Assembly: GCA_032718475.1 (NCBI GenBank) | Contig: JAUCBJ010001656.1 | Span: 1 to 64,000, forward strand | Reading direction: 5' to 3' | DNA from: Nemertoderma westbladi | Lineage: Eukaryota > Animalia > Xenacoelomorpha | Length of the DNA: 64,000 nt | Shown here: piece after piece, positions 14,001 to 27,038 of the stretch | Numbering within the stretch: the first letter of the stretch is position 1 | Layout: every line of letters begins with the position of its first letter | Program-made: the position numbers and the translations under genes | The notes under the pieces: generated by a model | What the model saw: only the letters and a program-made list of their open reading frames with translations | What the model was told of the DNA's origin: nothing | The model's database searches: none

Positions 14001-14980
14001 GCGGGTTAGAAGTCTACGGATGTCTGCCGCCTTGACAACTTTGGGGTCTCGGTGGAGGAGCAGGCTATCTGCAAGGAGGATTCTCTCTGAGCGTGCATTG
14101 GCGACATTGAACTGGATACCTCTTGCAAAGGCAGTCGCTTCAGCGGCAAGTAGCTCGATGAGGTCTCCGCCTACAGCACCTCCTGGCAGCCGATACTTGG
14201 GTCCACGTAGTTGAGTTGTGCGCCACCACTGCTCCATCAGTCTGTCTGGGGGTTCACCCTTACCAACCAGGTTGCCCCCAAACGCCTTCATCATCAACCC
14301 TTTGGGGTCCAGCTCTATTGTTGATGTACTGCATGACCAGTTCTTATCAAAGACGGCACTATCCAACATCTGGGGAATATTCTGTGGAGGTTGGTCATTG
14401 GCTCCAGGATGCTGGTTGATTGGGATCGCGTTTGATCTGCCGGCATGGTCCTTGGAAGCCTCGAGAGTGTTGCTTGAAGAATGTGAGCATCTCACAATCC
14501 CACTATTGGGGTCGGTTGTATCATTATTATCAATGTTTGTGTTTCTACTGGGTAGGGTAATGAGATTACTAAAGTTCAGGGGCGAAACTGTGGAGGGATT
14601 CTTGCATCTTCCTATTGCAAACTCTACGCAGCTGACACAAGATCGTTCTGCTCGTGTGCACCCACAACGGCGTTTCACGCAACAACCTATTGCTGTGATA
14701 CAGCACTGACAGCATTGCTGCGACAAGGGATCAATATGGTGTTGATCAATGACTGGGGCCGGGACCTGTTCCGGTTGACATATTGGGACATTGCCTTTTG
14801 TATATTATTTATCTACTGGAGGGAGGGTCTGCAACAGTATGGGGCTGGTGGGGAATGGAAGACTCTCTAGGTGGGCAGGGACTGCTAAGTGGACATCATG
14901 GCTGGTCAGGACCGACAGACCAGCTCCCGGACTTATGGCGACCGAATTAGCAACACCCAGAATAGAAGGACTAGATTGAT
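11017..14980 (-). mobile_element. Degenerate CRE-like (RLE-type) non-LTR retrotransposon, frameshifted
   Basis: Minus-strand fragments in order: Cys-rich N-terminus (CCQCC...CCVKRRCGC...CVSC), RT motifs RPICIGE, GVEAAIH, LLVDAAKAFN, GMTQGDPL and WFADD, then IRRHNEVRD/RCDVGIRG (RLE region) and the C-terminal GWVRRRIQYAILRG...RGSRVKWR. Many stops and frameshifts; ends approximate. Confidence 0.75.
11095..11856. repeat. 59-bp tandem array, ~13 near-identical copies
   Basis: Unit tgtgggaagctccacgaaggatggcgtattggatccgccggcggacccaccccatttgg; period 59 (11101, 11160, 11219). Confidence 0.95.
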
Positions 14981-15043
14981 TAAATGTCTTAAAGTAAATA
15001 ATTATTAGTGTAATCATCTACTAGCTTATATATATAATATTAT

Positions 15044-15186
15044 TAGTCAAGTGTAGAACGAAAAATATAGACAGACCAATATCAAGCAATACAAATAAAA
15101 TGAATACTATTGGTTATCAAAAGTATACATTTTATTTTTATTGATTGATTTTGGTCTGTCTATATTTTTTTATTATACACAAGACT
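15044..15186. repeat. Imperfect ~140-bp fold-back (MITE-like) palindrome
   Basis: aaaaatatagacagaccaa pairs with ttggtctgtctatattttt; aaataaaatg pairs with cattttattt; centre ~15115. Confidence 0.65.
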
Positions 15187-15305
15187 ATATTTGAGAGACC
15201 GGATCATGCTGAACATGGTTGTTTGAAAAAGCGTTCCTATTACTTAATTTAATTATAATATTATTATGTATATAATTATTTATTATCGTATATTTGCTTT
15301 TGCAG

Positions 15306-15478
15306 GTTATGGGAGTCTAGGATTGTCTATAGAAGGTCCCAGTAAGGCGTCCATAGATTGTGAGGACAAAGAGGATGGCACCTGTAGAGTTACTTACAAA
15401 CCAACTGAAACGGGGACCTACGTAATAAATGTTCGTTACAACGACCAACACGTACCTGGGAGCCCATTCACTGTAAAG
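15306..15478 (+). CDS. FLN: Filamin exon A (second half of Ig19-equivalent); upstream exons lie outside the window
   Basis: ttttgcag|GT TAT ... GTA AAG|gtaaga; [58 protein letters not shown] matches a filamin Ig repeat. Confidence 0.93.
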
Positions 15479-15619
15479 GTAAGATATATCGCGCCATCTA
15501 TCAGCTATTTCGCGTATTCAATAAGCGGAATAATAAGTGACATAATTAAGAGAGTAACAACTGATGATGAGATATTGGCTACAGCGAGTATGATTGGACA
15601 GAGTGATGGTATGACATGA

Positions 15620-15813
15620 TTACAGTTCGCCTATACAAATACGGACCTGTACAGAACTAAACGATTTCAAAACGAAGGCAAAAACTCACTTCTTCGCCTT
15701 AGCCTTTCCACCGTAACTCAATTCCGACCACGCGCCTCTGAACTTTATTAATAATTTCATTATTATTAGGCAAGGCGCTTTATAAATATTTGCTTTATTA
15801 TTTATTATTATTA
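15620..15813 (+). mobile_element. 3' remnant of an L2/CR1-type LINE
   Basis: Frame reads IRTCTELNDFKTKAKTHFFALAFPP*, resembling the L2 C-terminal FKxxLKTHLF motif, then gcgctttataaat and a (TTA)n tail. Confidence 0.55.
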
Positions 15814-15909
15814 AATCCTAGTGTAAGACAAAACCTCATTAAGTAACATTTTTACACATGGGAGGGGGGGGGGGGGGGGGGGGGGGGTTCAATCGATTTG
15901 TCGAAATCA

Positions 15910-18900
15910 ATATGGGAGAGGCCCCAGGTTTCGGGGAGAGGCCATGTTTCGGTAGATAATATACGTCACATATATATATGGGAGAGGCCAGGTTTCGGTA
16001 GATAATATACGTCACATATATATATGGGAGAGGCCATGTTTCGGTAGATAATATACGTCACATATATATATGGGAGAGGCCAGGTTTCGGTAGATAATAT
16101 ACGTCACATATATATATGGGAGAGGCCAGGTTTCGGTAGATAATATACGTCACATATATATATGGGAGAGGCCAGGTTTCGGTAGATAATATACGTCACA
16201 TATATATATGGGAGAGGCCAGGTTTCGGTAGATAATATACGTCACATATATATATGGGAGAGGCCATGTTTCGGTAGATAATATACGTCACATATATATG
16301 GGAGAGGCCAGGTTTCGGTAGATAATATACGTCACATATATATATGGGAGAGGCCATGTTTCGGTAGATAATATACGTCACATATATATATGGGAGAGGC
16401 CATGTTTCGGTAGATAATATACGTCACATATATATATGGGAGAGGCCATGTTTCGGTAGATAATATACGTCACATATATATATGGGAGAGGCCATGTTTC
16501 GGTAGATAATATACGTCACATATATATATGGGAGGGGCCAGGTTTCGGTAGATAATATACCTCACATATATATATGGGAGAGGCCATGTTTCGGTAGATA
16601 ATATACGTCACATATATATGGGAGAGGCCAGGTTTCGGTAGATAATATACGTCACATATATATATGGAGGGGCCAGGTTTCGGTAGATAATATACGTCAC
16701 ATATATATATGGGAGAGGCCATGTTTCGGTAGATAATATACGTCACATATATATGGGAGAGGCCAGGTTTCGGTAGATAATATACGTCACATATATATAT
16801 GGGAGAGGCCATGTTTCGGTAGATAATATACGTCACATATATATATGGGAGGGGCCAGGTTTCGGTAGATAATATACGTCACATATATATATGGGAGAGG
16901 CCATGTTTCGGTAGATAATATACGTCACATATATATATGGGAGAGGCCATGTTTCGGTAGATAATATACGTCACATATATATATGGGAGAGGCCATGTTT
17001 CGGTAGATAATATACGTCACATATATATATGGGAGAGGCCATGTTTCGGTAGATAATATACGTCACATATATATATGGGAGAGGCCATGTTTCGGTAGAT
17101 AATATACGTCACATATATATATGGGAGAGGCCATGTTTCGGTAGATAATATACGTCACATATATATATGGGAGGGGCCAGGTTTCGGTAGATAATATACA
17201 GCATATATATATATGGGAGAGGCCAGGTTTCGGTAGATAATATACGTCACATATATATATGGGAGAGGCCAGGTTTCGGTAGATAATATACGTCACATAT
17301 ATATATGGGAGAGGCCAGGTTTCGGTAGATAATATACGTCACATATATATATTGATACTGTAGTAACAATGTGTTGGCAAGCTGTATTTTTCGAGGTGTT
17401 TGTTATTATATACGTCACAATATATATATGGGAGAGGCCATGTTTCGGTAGATAATATACGTCACATATATATATGGGAGAGGCCATGTTTCGGTAGATA
17501 ATATACGTCACATATATATATGGGAGAGGCCATGTTTCGGTAGATAATATACGTCACATATATATATGGGAGAGGCCATGTTTCGGTAGATAATATACGT
17601 CACATATATATATGGGAGAGGCCATGTTTCGGTAGATAATATACGTCACATATATATATGGGAGAGGCCATGTTTCGGTAGATAATATACGTCACATATA
17701 TATATGGGAGGGGCCAGGTTTCGGTAGATAATATACAGCATATATATATATGGGAGAGGCCAGGTTTCGGTAGATAATATACGTCACATATATATATGGA
17801 AGAGGCCAGGTTTCGGTAGATAATATACGTCACATATATATATGGAAGAGGCCAGGTTTCGGTAGATAATATACGTCACATATATATATGGGAGAGGCCA
17901 GGTTTCGGTAGATAATATACGTCACATATATATATGGGAGAGGCCATGTTTCGGTAGATAATATACGTCACATATATTTATGGGAGGGGCCAGGTTTCGG
18001 TAGATAATATACGTCACATATATATATGGGAGAGGCCATGTTTCGGTAGATAATATACGTCACATATATATATGGGAGAGGCCATGTTTCGGTAGATAAT
18101 ATACGTCACATATATATATGGGAGAGGCCATGTTTCGGTAGATAATATACGTCACATATATATATGGGAGAGGCCATGTTTCGGTAGATAATATACGTCA
18201 CATATATATATGGGAGGGGCCAGGTTTCGGTAGATAATATACAGCATATATATATATGGGAGAGGCCAGGTTTCGGTAGATAATATACGTCACATATATA
18301 TATGGAAGAGGCCAGGTTTCGGTAGATAATATACGTCACATATATATATGGGAGAGGCCAGGTTTCGGGGAGAGGCCAGGTTTCGGTAGATAATATACGT
18401 CACATATTATATATGGGAGAGGCCATGTTTCGGTAGATAATATACGTCACATATATATATGGGAGGGGCCAGGTTTCGGTAGATAATATACAGCATATAT
18501 ATATATGGGAGAGGCCAGGTTTTGGTAGATAATATACGTCACATATATATATGGAAGAGGCCAGGTTTTGGTAGATAATATACGTCACATATATATATGG
18601 GAGGGGCCAGGTTTCGGTAGATAATATACGTCACATATATATATGGGAGGGGCCAGGTTTCGGTAGATAATATACAGCATATATATATATGGGAGAGGCC
18701 AGGTTTCGGTAGATAATATACGTCACATATATATGGGAGAGGCCAGGTTTCGGTAGATAATATACGTCACATATATATATGGAAGAGGCCAGGTTTCGGT
18801 AGATAATATACGTCACATATATATGGGAGAGGCCAGGTTTCGGTAGATAATATACGTCACATATATATATGGAAGAGGCCAGGTTTCGGCAGATAATATA

Positions 18901-20006
18901 CGTCACATATATATATGGGAGGGGCCAGGTTTCGGTAGATAATATACGTCACATATTATATATGGGAGAGGCCAGGTTTCGGTAGATAATATACGTCACA
19001 TATATATATGGGAGGGGCCAGGTTTCGGTAGATAATATACAGCATATATATATGGGAGAGGCCAGGTTTCGGTAGATAATATACGTCACATATATATATG
19101 GGAGAGGCCAGGTTTCGGTAGATAATATACGTCACATATATATATGGGAGGGGCCAGGTTTCGGTAGATAATATACGTCACATATTATATATGGGAGAGG
19201 CCAGGTTTCGGTAGATAATATACGTCACATATATATATGGGAGATGCCAGGTTTCGGTAGATAATATACAGCATATATATATGGGAGAGGCCAGGTTTCG
19301 GTAGATAATATACGTCACATATATATATGGGAGAGGCCAGGTTTCGGTAGATAATATACGTCACATATATATGGGAGAGGCCAGGTTTCGGTAGATAATA
19401 TACGTCACATATATATATGGGAGGGGCCAGGTTTCGGTAGATAATATACGTCACATATTATATATGGGAGAGGCCAGGTTTCGGTAGATAATATACGTCA
19501 CATATATATATGGGAGGGGCCAGGTTTCGGTAGATAATATACAGCATATATATATGGGAGAGGCCAGGTTTCGGTAGATAATATACGTCACATATATATA
19601 TGGGAGAGGCCAGGTTTCGGTAGATAATATACGTCACATATATATATGGGAGGGGCCAGGTTTCGGTAGATAATATACGTCACATATTATATATGGGAGA
19701 GGCCAGGTTTCGGTAGATAATATACGTCACATATATATATGGGAGATGCCAGGTTTCGGTAGATAATATACAGCATATATATATGGGAGAGGCCAGGTTT
19801 CGGTAGATAATATACGTCACATATATATATGGGAGAGGCCAGGTTTCGGTAGATAATATACGTCACATATATATGGGAGAGGCCAGGTTTCGGTAGATAA
19901 TATACAGCATATATATATATGGGAGAGGCCAGGTTTCGGTAGATAATATACAGCATATATATATATGGGAGAGGCCAGGTTTCGGTAGATAATATACGTC
20001 ACATAT
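15910..20006. repeat. 46-bp minisatellite, ~88 copies, with a ~60-bp interruption at ~17352-17410
   Basis: Unit catatatatatgggagaggccaggtttcggtagataatatacgtca; period 46. Confidence 0.95.
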
Positions 20007-20038
20007 ATTTTTTCAGTCCTAATCTGTTTGTATATCCT

Positions 20039-22853
20039 CACGGGTGATAACTAAATTAATTATAAACTCTTGATATAACAGGTGTTACAGCCCACGGGTG
20101 ATAACTAAATTAATTATAAACTCTTGATATAACAGGTGTTACAGCCCACAGGTGATAACTAAATTAATTTTGAACTCTTGATATAACAGGTGTTACAGCC
20201 CACGGGTGATAACTAAATTGATTATAAACTCTTGATATAACAGGTGTTACAGCCCACGGGTGATAACTAAATTAATTTTAAACTCTTGATATAACAGGTG
20301 TTACAGCCCACGGGTGATAACTAAATTAATTATAAACTCTTGATATAACAGGTGTTACAGCCCACAGGTGATAACTAAATTAATTTTAAACTCATGATAT
20401 AACAGGTGTTACAGCCCACGGGTGATAACTAAATTAATTATAAACTCTTGATATAACAGGTGTTACAGCCCACAGGTGATAACTAAATTAATTTTAAACT
20501 CTTGATATAACAGGTGTTACAGCCCACGGGTGATAACTAAATTAATTTTAAACTCTTGATATAACAGGTGTTACAGCCCACGGGTGATAACTAAATTAAT
20601 TTTAAACTCTTGATATAACACGTGTTACAGCCCACGGGTGATAACTAAATTGATTATAAACTCTTGATATAACAGGTGTTACAGCCCACAGGTGATAACT
20701 AAATTAATTTTAAACTCTTGATATAACAGGTGTTACAGCCCACGGGTGATAACTAAATTAATTTTAAACTCTTGATATAACAGGTGTTACAGCCCACGGG
20801 TGATAACTAAATTAATTATAAACTCTTGATATAACAGGTGTTACTGCCCACAGGTGATAACTAAATTAATTTTAAACTCTTGATATAACAGGTGTTACAG
20901 CCCACGGGTGATAACTAAATTAATTTTAAACTCTTGATATAACAGGTGTTACAGCCCACGGGTGATAACTAAATTAATTTTAAACTCTTGATATAACAGG
21001 TGTTCAGCCCACGGGTGATAACTAAATTAATTTTAAACTCTTGATATAACAGGTGTTACAGTCCACGGGTGATAACTAAATTAATTTTAAACTCTTGATA
21101 TAACAGGTGTTACAGCCCACGGGTGATAACTAAATTAATTTTAAACTCTTGATATAACAGGTGTTACAGTCCACGGGTGATAACTAAATTAATTATAAAC
21201 TCTTGATATAACAGGTGTTACAGCCCACAGGTGATAACTAAATTAATTTTAAACTCTTGATATAACAGGTGTTACAGCCCACGGGTGATAACTAAATTAA
21301 TTTTAAACTCTTGATATAACAGGTGTTACAGCCCACGGGTGATAACTAAATTAATTTTAAACTCTTGATATAACAGGTGTTCAGCCCACGGGTGATAACT
21401 AAATTAATTTTAAACTCTTGATATAACAGGTGTTACAGTCCACGGGTGATAACTAAATTAATTTTAAACTCTTGATATAACAGGTGTTACAGCCCACGGG
21501 TGATAACTAAATTAATTTTAAACTCTTGATATAACAGGTGTTACAGCCCACGGGTGATAACTAAATTAATTTTAAACTCTTGATATAACACGTGTTACAG
21601 CCCACGGGTGATAACTAAATTAATTTTAAACTCTTGATATAACAGGTGTTCACAGCCCACGGGTGATAACTAAATTAATTTTAAACTCTTGATATAACAG
21701 GTGTTGCAGCCCACGGGTGATAACTAAATTAATTTTAAACTCTTGATATAACAGGTGTTACAGCCCACGGGTGATAACTAAATTAATTATAAACTCTTGA
21801 TATAACAGGTGTTACAGCCCACAGGTGATAACTAAATTAATTTTAAACTCTTGATATAACAGGTGTTACAGCCCACGGGTGATAACTAAATCAATGTTAA
21901 ACTCTTGATATAACACGTGTTACAGCCCACGGGTGATAACTAAATTAATTATAAACTCTTGATATAACAGGTGTTACAGCCCACGGGTGATAACTAAATT
22001 AATTTTAAACTCTTGATATAACAGGTGTTACAGTCCACGGGTGATAACTAAATTAATTTTAAACTCTTGATATAACAGGTGTTACAGCCCACGGGTGATA
22101 ACTAAATCAATGTTAAACTCTTGATATAACACGTGGTACAGCCCACGGGTGATAACTAAATTGATTATAAACTCTTGATATAACAGGTGTTCAGCCCACG
22201 GGTGATAACTAAATTAATTTTAAACTCTTGATATAACAGGTGTTACAGCCCACGGGTGATAACTAAATCAATGTTAAACTCTTGATATAACACGTGTTAC
22301 AGCCCACGGGTGATAACTAAATTGATTATAAACTCTTGATATAACAGGTGTTCAGCCCACGGGTGATAGCTTAATTAATTTTAAACTCTTGATATAACAG
22401 GTGTTACAGCCCACGGGTGATAACTAAATTAATTATAAACTCTTGATATAACAGGTGTTACAGCCCACGGGTGATAACTAAATTAATTTTAAACTCTTGA
22501 TATAACAGGTGTTACAGCCCACGGGTGATAACTAAATTAATTTTAAACTCTTGATATAACACGTGTTACAGCCCACGGGTGATAACTAAATTGATTATAA
22601 ACTCTTGATATAACAGGTGTTACAGCCCACAGGTGATAACTAAATTAATTTTAAACTCTTGATATAACAGGTGTTACAGCCCACGGGTGATAACTAAATT
22701 AATTTTAAACTCTTGATATAACAGGTGTTACAGCCCACGGGTGATAACTAAATTAATTATAAACTCTTGATATAACAGGTGTTACTGCCCACAGGTGATA
22801 ACTAAATTAATTTTAAACTCTTGATATAACAGGTGTTACAGCCCACGGGTGAT
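20039..22853 (+). repeat. 54-bp tandem array (~52 copies) spanning the acceptor site of filamin exon B
   Basis: Unit = aactaaattaattttaaactcttgatataacAG plus the first 21 nt of exon B (GTGTTACAGCCCACGGGTGAT); the last copy runs into the real exon. Confidence 0.95.
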
Positions 22854-22973
22854 CTCGCAGGGCCTTTTGTTGAGAAGATAACGCGACCGCGTCACGCTGC
22901 CAGCGCAACATCTGTTGGATCCAGTTGCGAACTAGCGATAAAACTAGCAGATACTAGTCCTTACGATCTAGTG
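22833..22973 (+). CDS. FLN: Filamin exon B (start of Ig20-equivalent), 47 codons; missed by the ORF track
   Basis: tataacag|GTG...CTA GTG|gtaagt; VLQPTGDLAGPFVEKITRPRHAASATSVGSSCELAIKLADTSPYDLV aligns with filamin [26 protein letters not shown]; phase 0/0. Confidence 0.9.
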
Positions 22974-24786
22974 GTAAGTTATACAGCTAGCACATACTAC
23001 TCCTTATGATCCAGTGGTAAGTTATAAAACTAGCAGATACTATTCTTTATGATCCAGTGGTAAGATATAAGGCTAGCAAATACTAGTCCTTATGATCCAG
23101 TGGTAAGTTATAAAACTAGCAAATACTAGTCCTTATGATCCAGTGGTAAGTTATAAAACTAGCAGAGTCCTTATGATCCAGTGGTAAGTTATAAAACTAG
23201 CAGATACTATTCTTTATGATCCAGTGGTAAGTTATAAGGCTAGCAAATACTAGTCCTTATGATCCAGTGGTAAGTTATAAAGCTAGCATATACTAGTCCT
23301 TATGATCCAGTGGTAAAAGTAAAATTATAGTTATAAGGTAAGTTATAAGGCTAGCAGATGCTAGTCCTTTTGATCCAGTGGTAAGTTATAAAGCTAGCAA
23401 ATACTAGTCCTTATGATCCAGTGGTAAGTTATAAAGCTAGCAGATACTAGTTCTTATGATCCAGTGGTAAGTTATAAGGCTAGCAGATGCTAGTCCTTTT
23501 GATTCCGTGGTAAGTTATAAAGCTAGCAAATACTAGTCCTTATGATCCAGTGGTAAGTTATAAAGCTAGCAGATACTATTCTTTATGATCCAGTGGTAAG
23601 TTATAAAGCTAGCAGATGCTAGTCCTTTTGATCCAGTGGTAAGTTATAAAGCTAGCAAATACTAGTCCTTATGATCCAGTGGTAAGTTATAAAGCTAGCA
23701 GATGCTATTCTTTATGATCCAGTGGTAAGTTATAAAGCTAGCAAATACTAGTCCTTATGATCCAGTGGTAAGTTATAAAGCTAGCAGATACTAATCTTTA
23801 TGATCCAGTGGTAAGTTATGAAGCTAGCAAATACTAGTCCTTATGATCCAGTGGTAAGTTATAAAGCTAGCAAATACTAGTCCTTATGATCCAGTGATAA
23901 GTTATAAAACTAGCAGAGTCCTTATGATCCAGTGGTAGGTTATAAAGCTAGCAGATACTAGTCCTTATGATCCAGTGGTAAGTTATAAAACTAGCAGAGT
24001 CCTTATGATCCAGTGGTAAGTTATAAAGTTAGCAGATTCCTTATGATCCAGTGGTAAGTTATAAAGCTAGCAGAGTCCTTATGATCCAGTGGTAAGTTAT
24101 AAAGCTAGCAAATACTAGTCCTTATGATCCAGTGGTAAGTTATAAAGCTAGCAGATACTATTCTTTATGATCCAGTGGTAAGTTATAAAGCTAGCAAATA
24201 CTAGTCCTTATGATCCAGTGGTAAGTTATAAAACTAGCAGAGTCCTTATGATCCAGTGGTAAGTTATAAAGCTAGCAGATACTATTCTTTATTATCCAGT
24301 GGTAAGTTATAAAGCTAGCAAATACTAGTCCTTATGATCCAGTGGTAAGTTATAAAGCTAGCAGATACTATTCTTTATGATCCAGTGGTAAGTTATAAAG
24401 CTAGCAAATACTAGTCCTTATGATCCAGTGGTAAGTTATAAAGCTATCAAATACTAGTCCTTATGATCCAGTGGTAAGTTATAAAACTAGCAGAGTCCTT
24501 ATGATCCAGTGGTAAGTTATAAAGCTAGCAGATACTATTCTTTATGATCCAGTGGTAAGTTATAAAGCTAACAAATACTAGTCCTTATGATCCAGTGGTA
24601 AGTTATAAAACTAGCAGAGCCCTTATGATCCAGTGGTAAGTTATAAAGCTAGCAGATACTATTCTTTATGATCCAGTGGTAAGTTATAAAGCTAGCAAAT
24701 ACTAGTCCTTATTATCCAGTGGTAAGTTATAAAACTAGCAGAGTCCTTATGATCCAGTGGTAAGTTATAAAGCTAGCATATACTAG
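22938..24786 (+). repeat. ~43-bp tandem array (~44 copies) spanning the donor site of exon B
   Basis: Unit ataaagctagcagatactagtccttatgatccagtgGTAAGTt = last ~36 nt of exon B plus the donor; 38-bp deletion variants interspersed. Confidence 0.95.
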
Positions 24787-24849
24787 CGGATAATGGCTAG
24801 ATGCTAGCAGATACTGTTTTATATTGTTGTCGTTACTTTATTTCCCCCC

Positions 24850-27038
24850 TGTTACGGTATATGGCGCTGTATCCATATTATTAGTCATCATGCAGTATGC
24901 AATATTAGTCCGTTATGCAGTATGCAATATTAGTCTGTTATACTGTACGTAATATTAGTCCATTGTGCAGCATGATATTTTAGATAAGGCATAATAACGC
25001 GGTGGTATTTAGGTAGGGAAATTAAAACGCCCATATATTTGAAACCATCCATTTTGTATAGTATGTAGCCCTACCTACGTAATTTTGTATTAGGATATAT
25101 GTAGATAGTTCCAGGGTAGCGAGTTTATTCGGACCCTGGATTTTGTGCTTGCTGATATTAGTTTGATAGGGCTAGCATATAGGGACGCCGTCCTGGCCAT
25201 TCAGCAGCCAGAGACGTGAACCATTACCATATATGGTAATAATTTGAGCAATAGGGCTACAATCCGGCCTCCTTATTGGATTAACTGCTTCCAGGTTGGT
25301 CTAATGCTAGCATGGACTGGAGAGCAAATAGGAGAGCGATTGAGTCACCCTATTGCATCATCCCATCCGGATCACCTATAAATTGGCGGTGTGCCGGTAG
25401 AGCCTATCGATCGATTCAACCTTCACTGCTGTTGTACTTGCTGAACTGTCTCTATTCAATTTTGACGGATTTTAGAGTATTTTTGCAATTTGATTAATTT
25501 CTTGAAATGATTTGCTAGTGCGATTACTCTTGCTTGTGTTTCTCAATTAATTCCTTCGATTACTGCTAATTACAACTGAACTATGATTTCTACTTTTGAT
25601 TAATGGTTCTATGTGATTCTTTCCTGCGCAATAATCCTAAGGGATTTCTGAGACTGTCAGACTTTGTGATTTGCATGCGCCGCTACGGTAGCTATTAGCG
25701 TAATGGAGGGCTAAGGCGCCAGCGGGCGGTGGGCACATCGGGGGGTTGGGCGACTAAGGGAGAGCGGAGGATTCAAAGCGAGCACCGCTGGCGTGGGGTC
25801 ACCGTTGCGGTCGGGAAGTTAACGCTGTGGTACGCAGACCAATCGCCGGTACAGTAATTAGGGGGCTGATGATCCAGGTTTCGTCTCTATTTAGTATTAG
25901 GGGGGCGGGAATCAGGTTAGTTAGGAGTCCTATATGTACCCGGGAGAGGCCTGCACGTATCACAACGTTTCGAACGTTGAGCGTGTAGTACGAATAGTGA
26001 GTCGCATAATTGTGGGCTATACAGTAGTTAACTGCATAATTGCGAACTGTGATTGCTGACGCTGATTGGTGTGTTACTGAAGTGTGCCTATGATTGTGAA
26101 TGTTTAGGTAGGCGCTCTTTTCTCTTTGATTGATTTCTATTTCTTAGTTACAACAATTAGTTACTGATTAGGTCAAAGTAATACGGCAATTTAGGCTATT
26201 ACTAGCGAAACCTGTTGCGTGATAAATTAGAATTACGTATTCTGGAACTCTTAGTAATTAGTACGCTGTTATATATTTGTGACTGTAATTGATTAGTAAA
26301 ATTAAGAATTAGTACGCAGCATAGCGGAGAGTAGCTAAAGTAATAATTAGAGTACTGTAAACTATTCACGCTGAGCGGTTATTTGCATTAGCGGACAATC
26401 AGCTAGAACGCACTATTCGGTACGCACGAAACGCTAGTGATTTGCTGGCCTAAAGCCAGCTGCAGGCAATTTTAGACCCAGAGTGGTACTATCCACGAGA
26501 GACAATTACTGTACCATTTTGATATTTAAATATTCTCGCATTCACACATTACGTTAGAGAACCCCCAGTATTCGCGATTAGAAAAGACGTAGGTAATAGC
26601 GTGCTTTAATAGTGATAGAATTAGGCGTAAGAATACTCTGAGTGCAAGGCCTCTCGCACTCGTCTTAAAGTAAGCTTAGGGAGCCGACTCGGGTTTATTG
26701 TTTTGGTTATTCCTGCGTGGCTCATAGATTCGAACAGTTAGCTCTCTATTGAGCAATCGGTAGAGAAAGGAACAAGCGATTTTGCAGGAGTTGTGTAAAA
26801 TTAGTAAATATATTAGCGGACGGCAGATTAGCGCCATCTAACGGTAAGTAGCGGTTTTGTATTTAGCAACCCTTACAATTTAGTAATATCACGCTCCTGA
26901 GCCCCTTTACTTAACAGTAGAGCAGTCTTTGTGTCTTATTGGTTAGACGAGAACTTATTAGGTTGGCAGAAGGATATTAACGGGTATTGGTCTGTTCAAC
27001 AGTTCTGCTGTTAGTATAGAGGTCGCGGTTGTTTATCA
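24850..27038 (+). repeat. 5' LTR (2189 bp)
   Basis: TGTTACGGTATATGG...GTTGTTTATCA; about 17 differences from the 3' LTR counted by eye (~99% identity). Confidence 0.95.
25341..25382 (+). promoter_or_regulatory. Candidate LTR promoter (AP-1 site TGAGTCA at 25341, TATAAA at 25377)
   Basis: Motif presence and position within the LTR only. Confidence 0.4.

Noticed and set aside
15860-15887. Poly-G tract as a functional G-quadruplex element
   Set aside because: Simple homopolymer of unreliable length with no further support.
16196-20041. Tyr/Ile-rich minus-strand ORFs
   Set aside because: Translation of the 46-bp minisatellite.
15910-24786. CRISPR-like appearance of the regular short repeats
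   Set aside because: Units are directly adjacent with no unique spacers, there are no cas genes, and the context is a spliceosomal intron.
25312-25497. 61-aa ORF duplicated at 42290-42475
   Set aside because: Duplicated only because it lies in the LTRs; no coding evidence.
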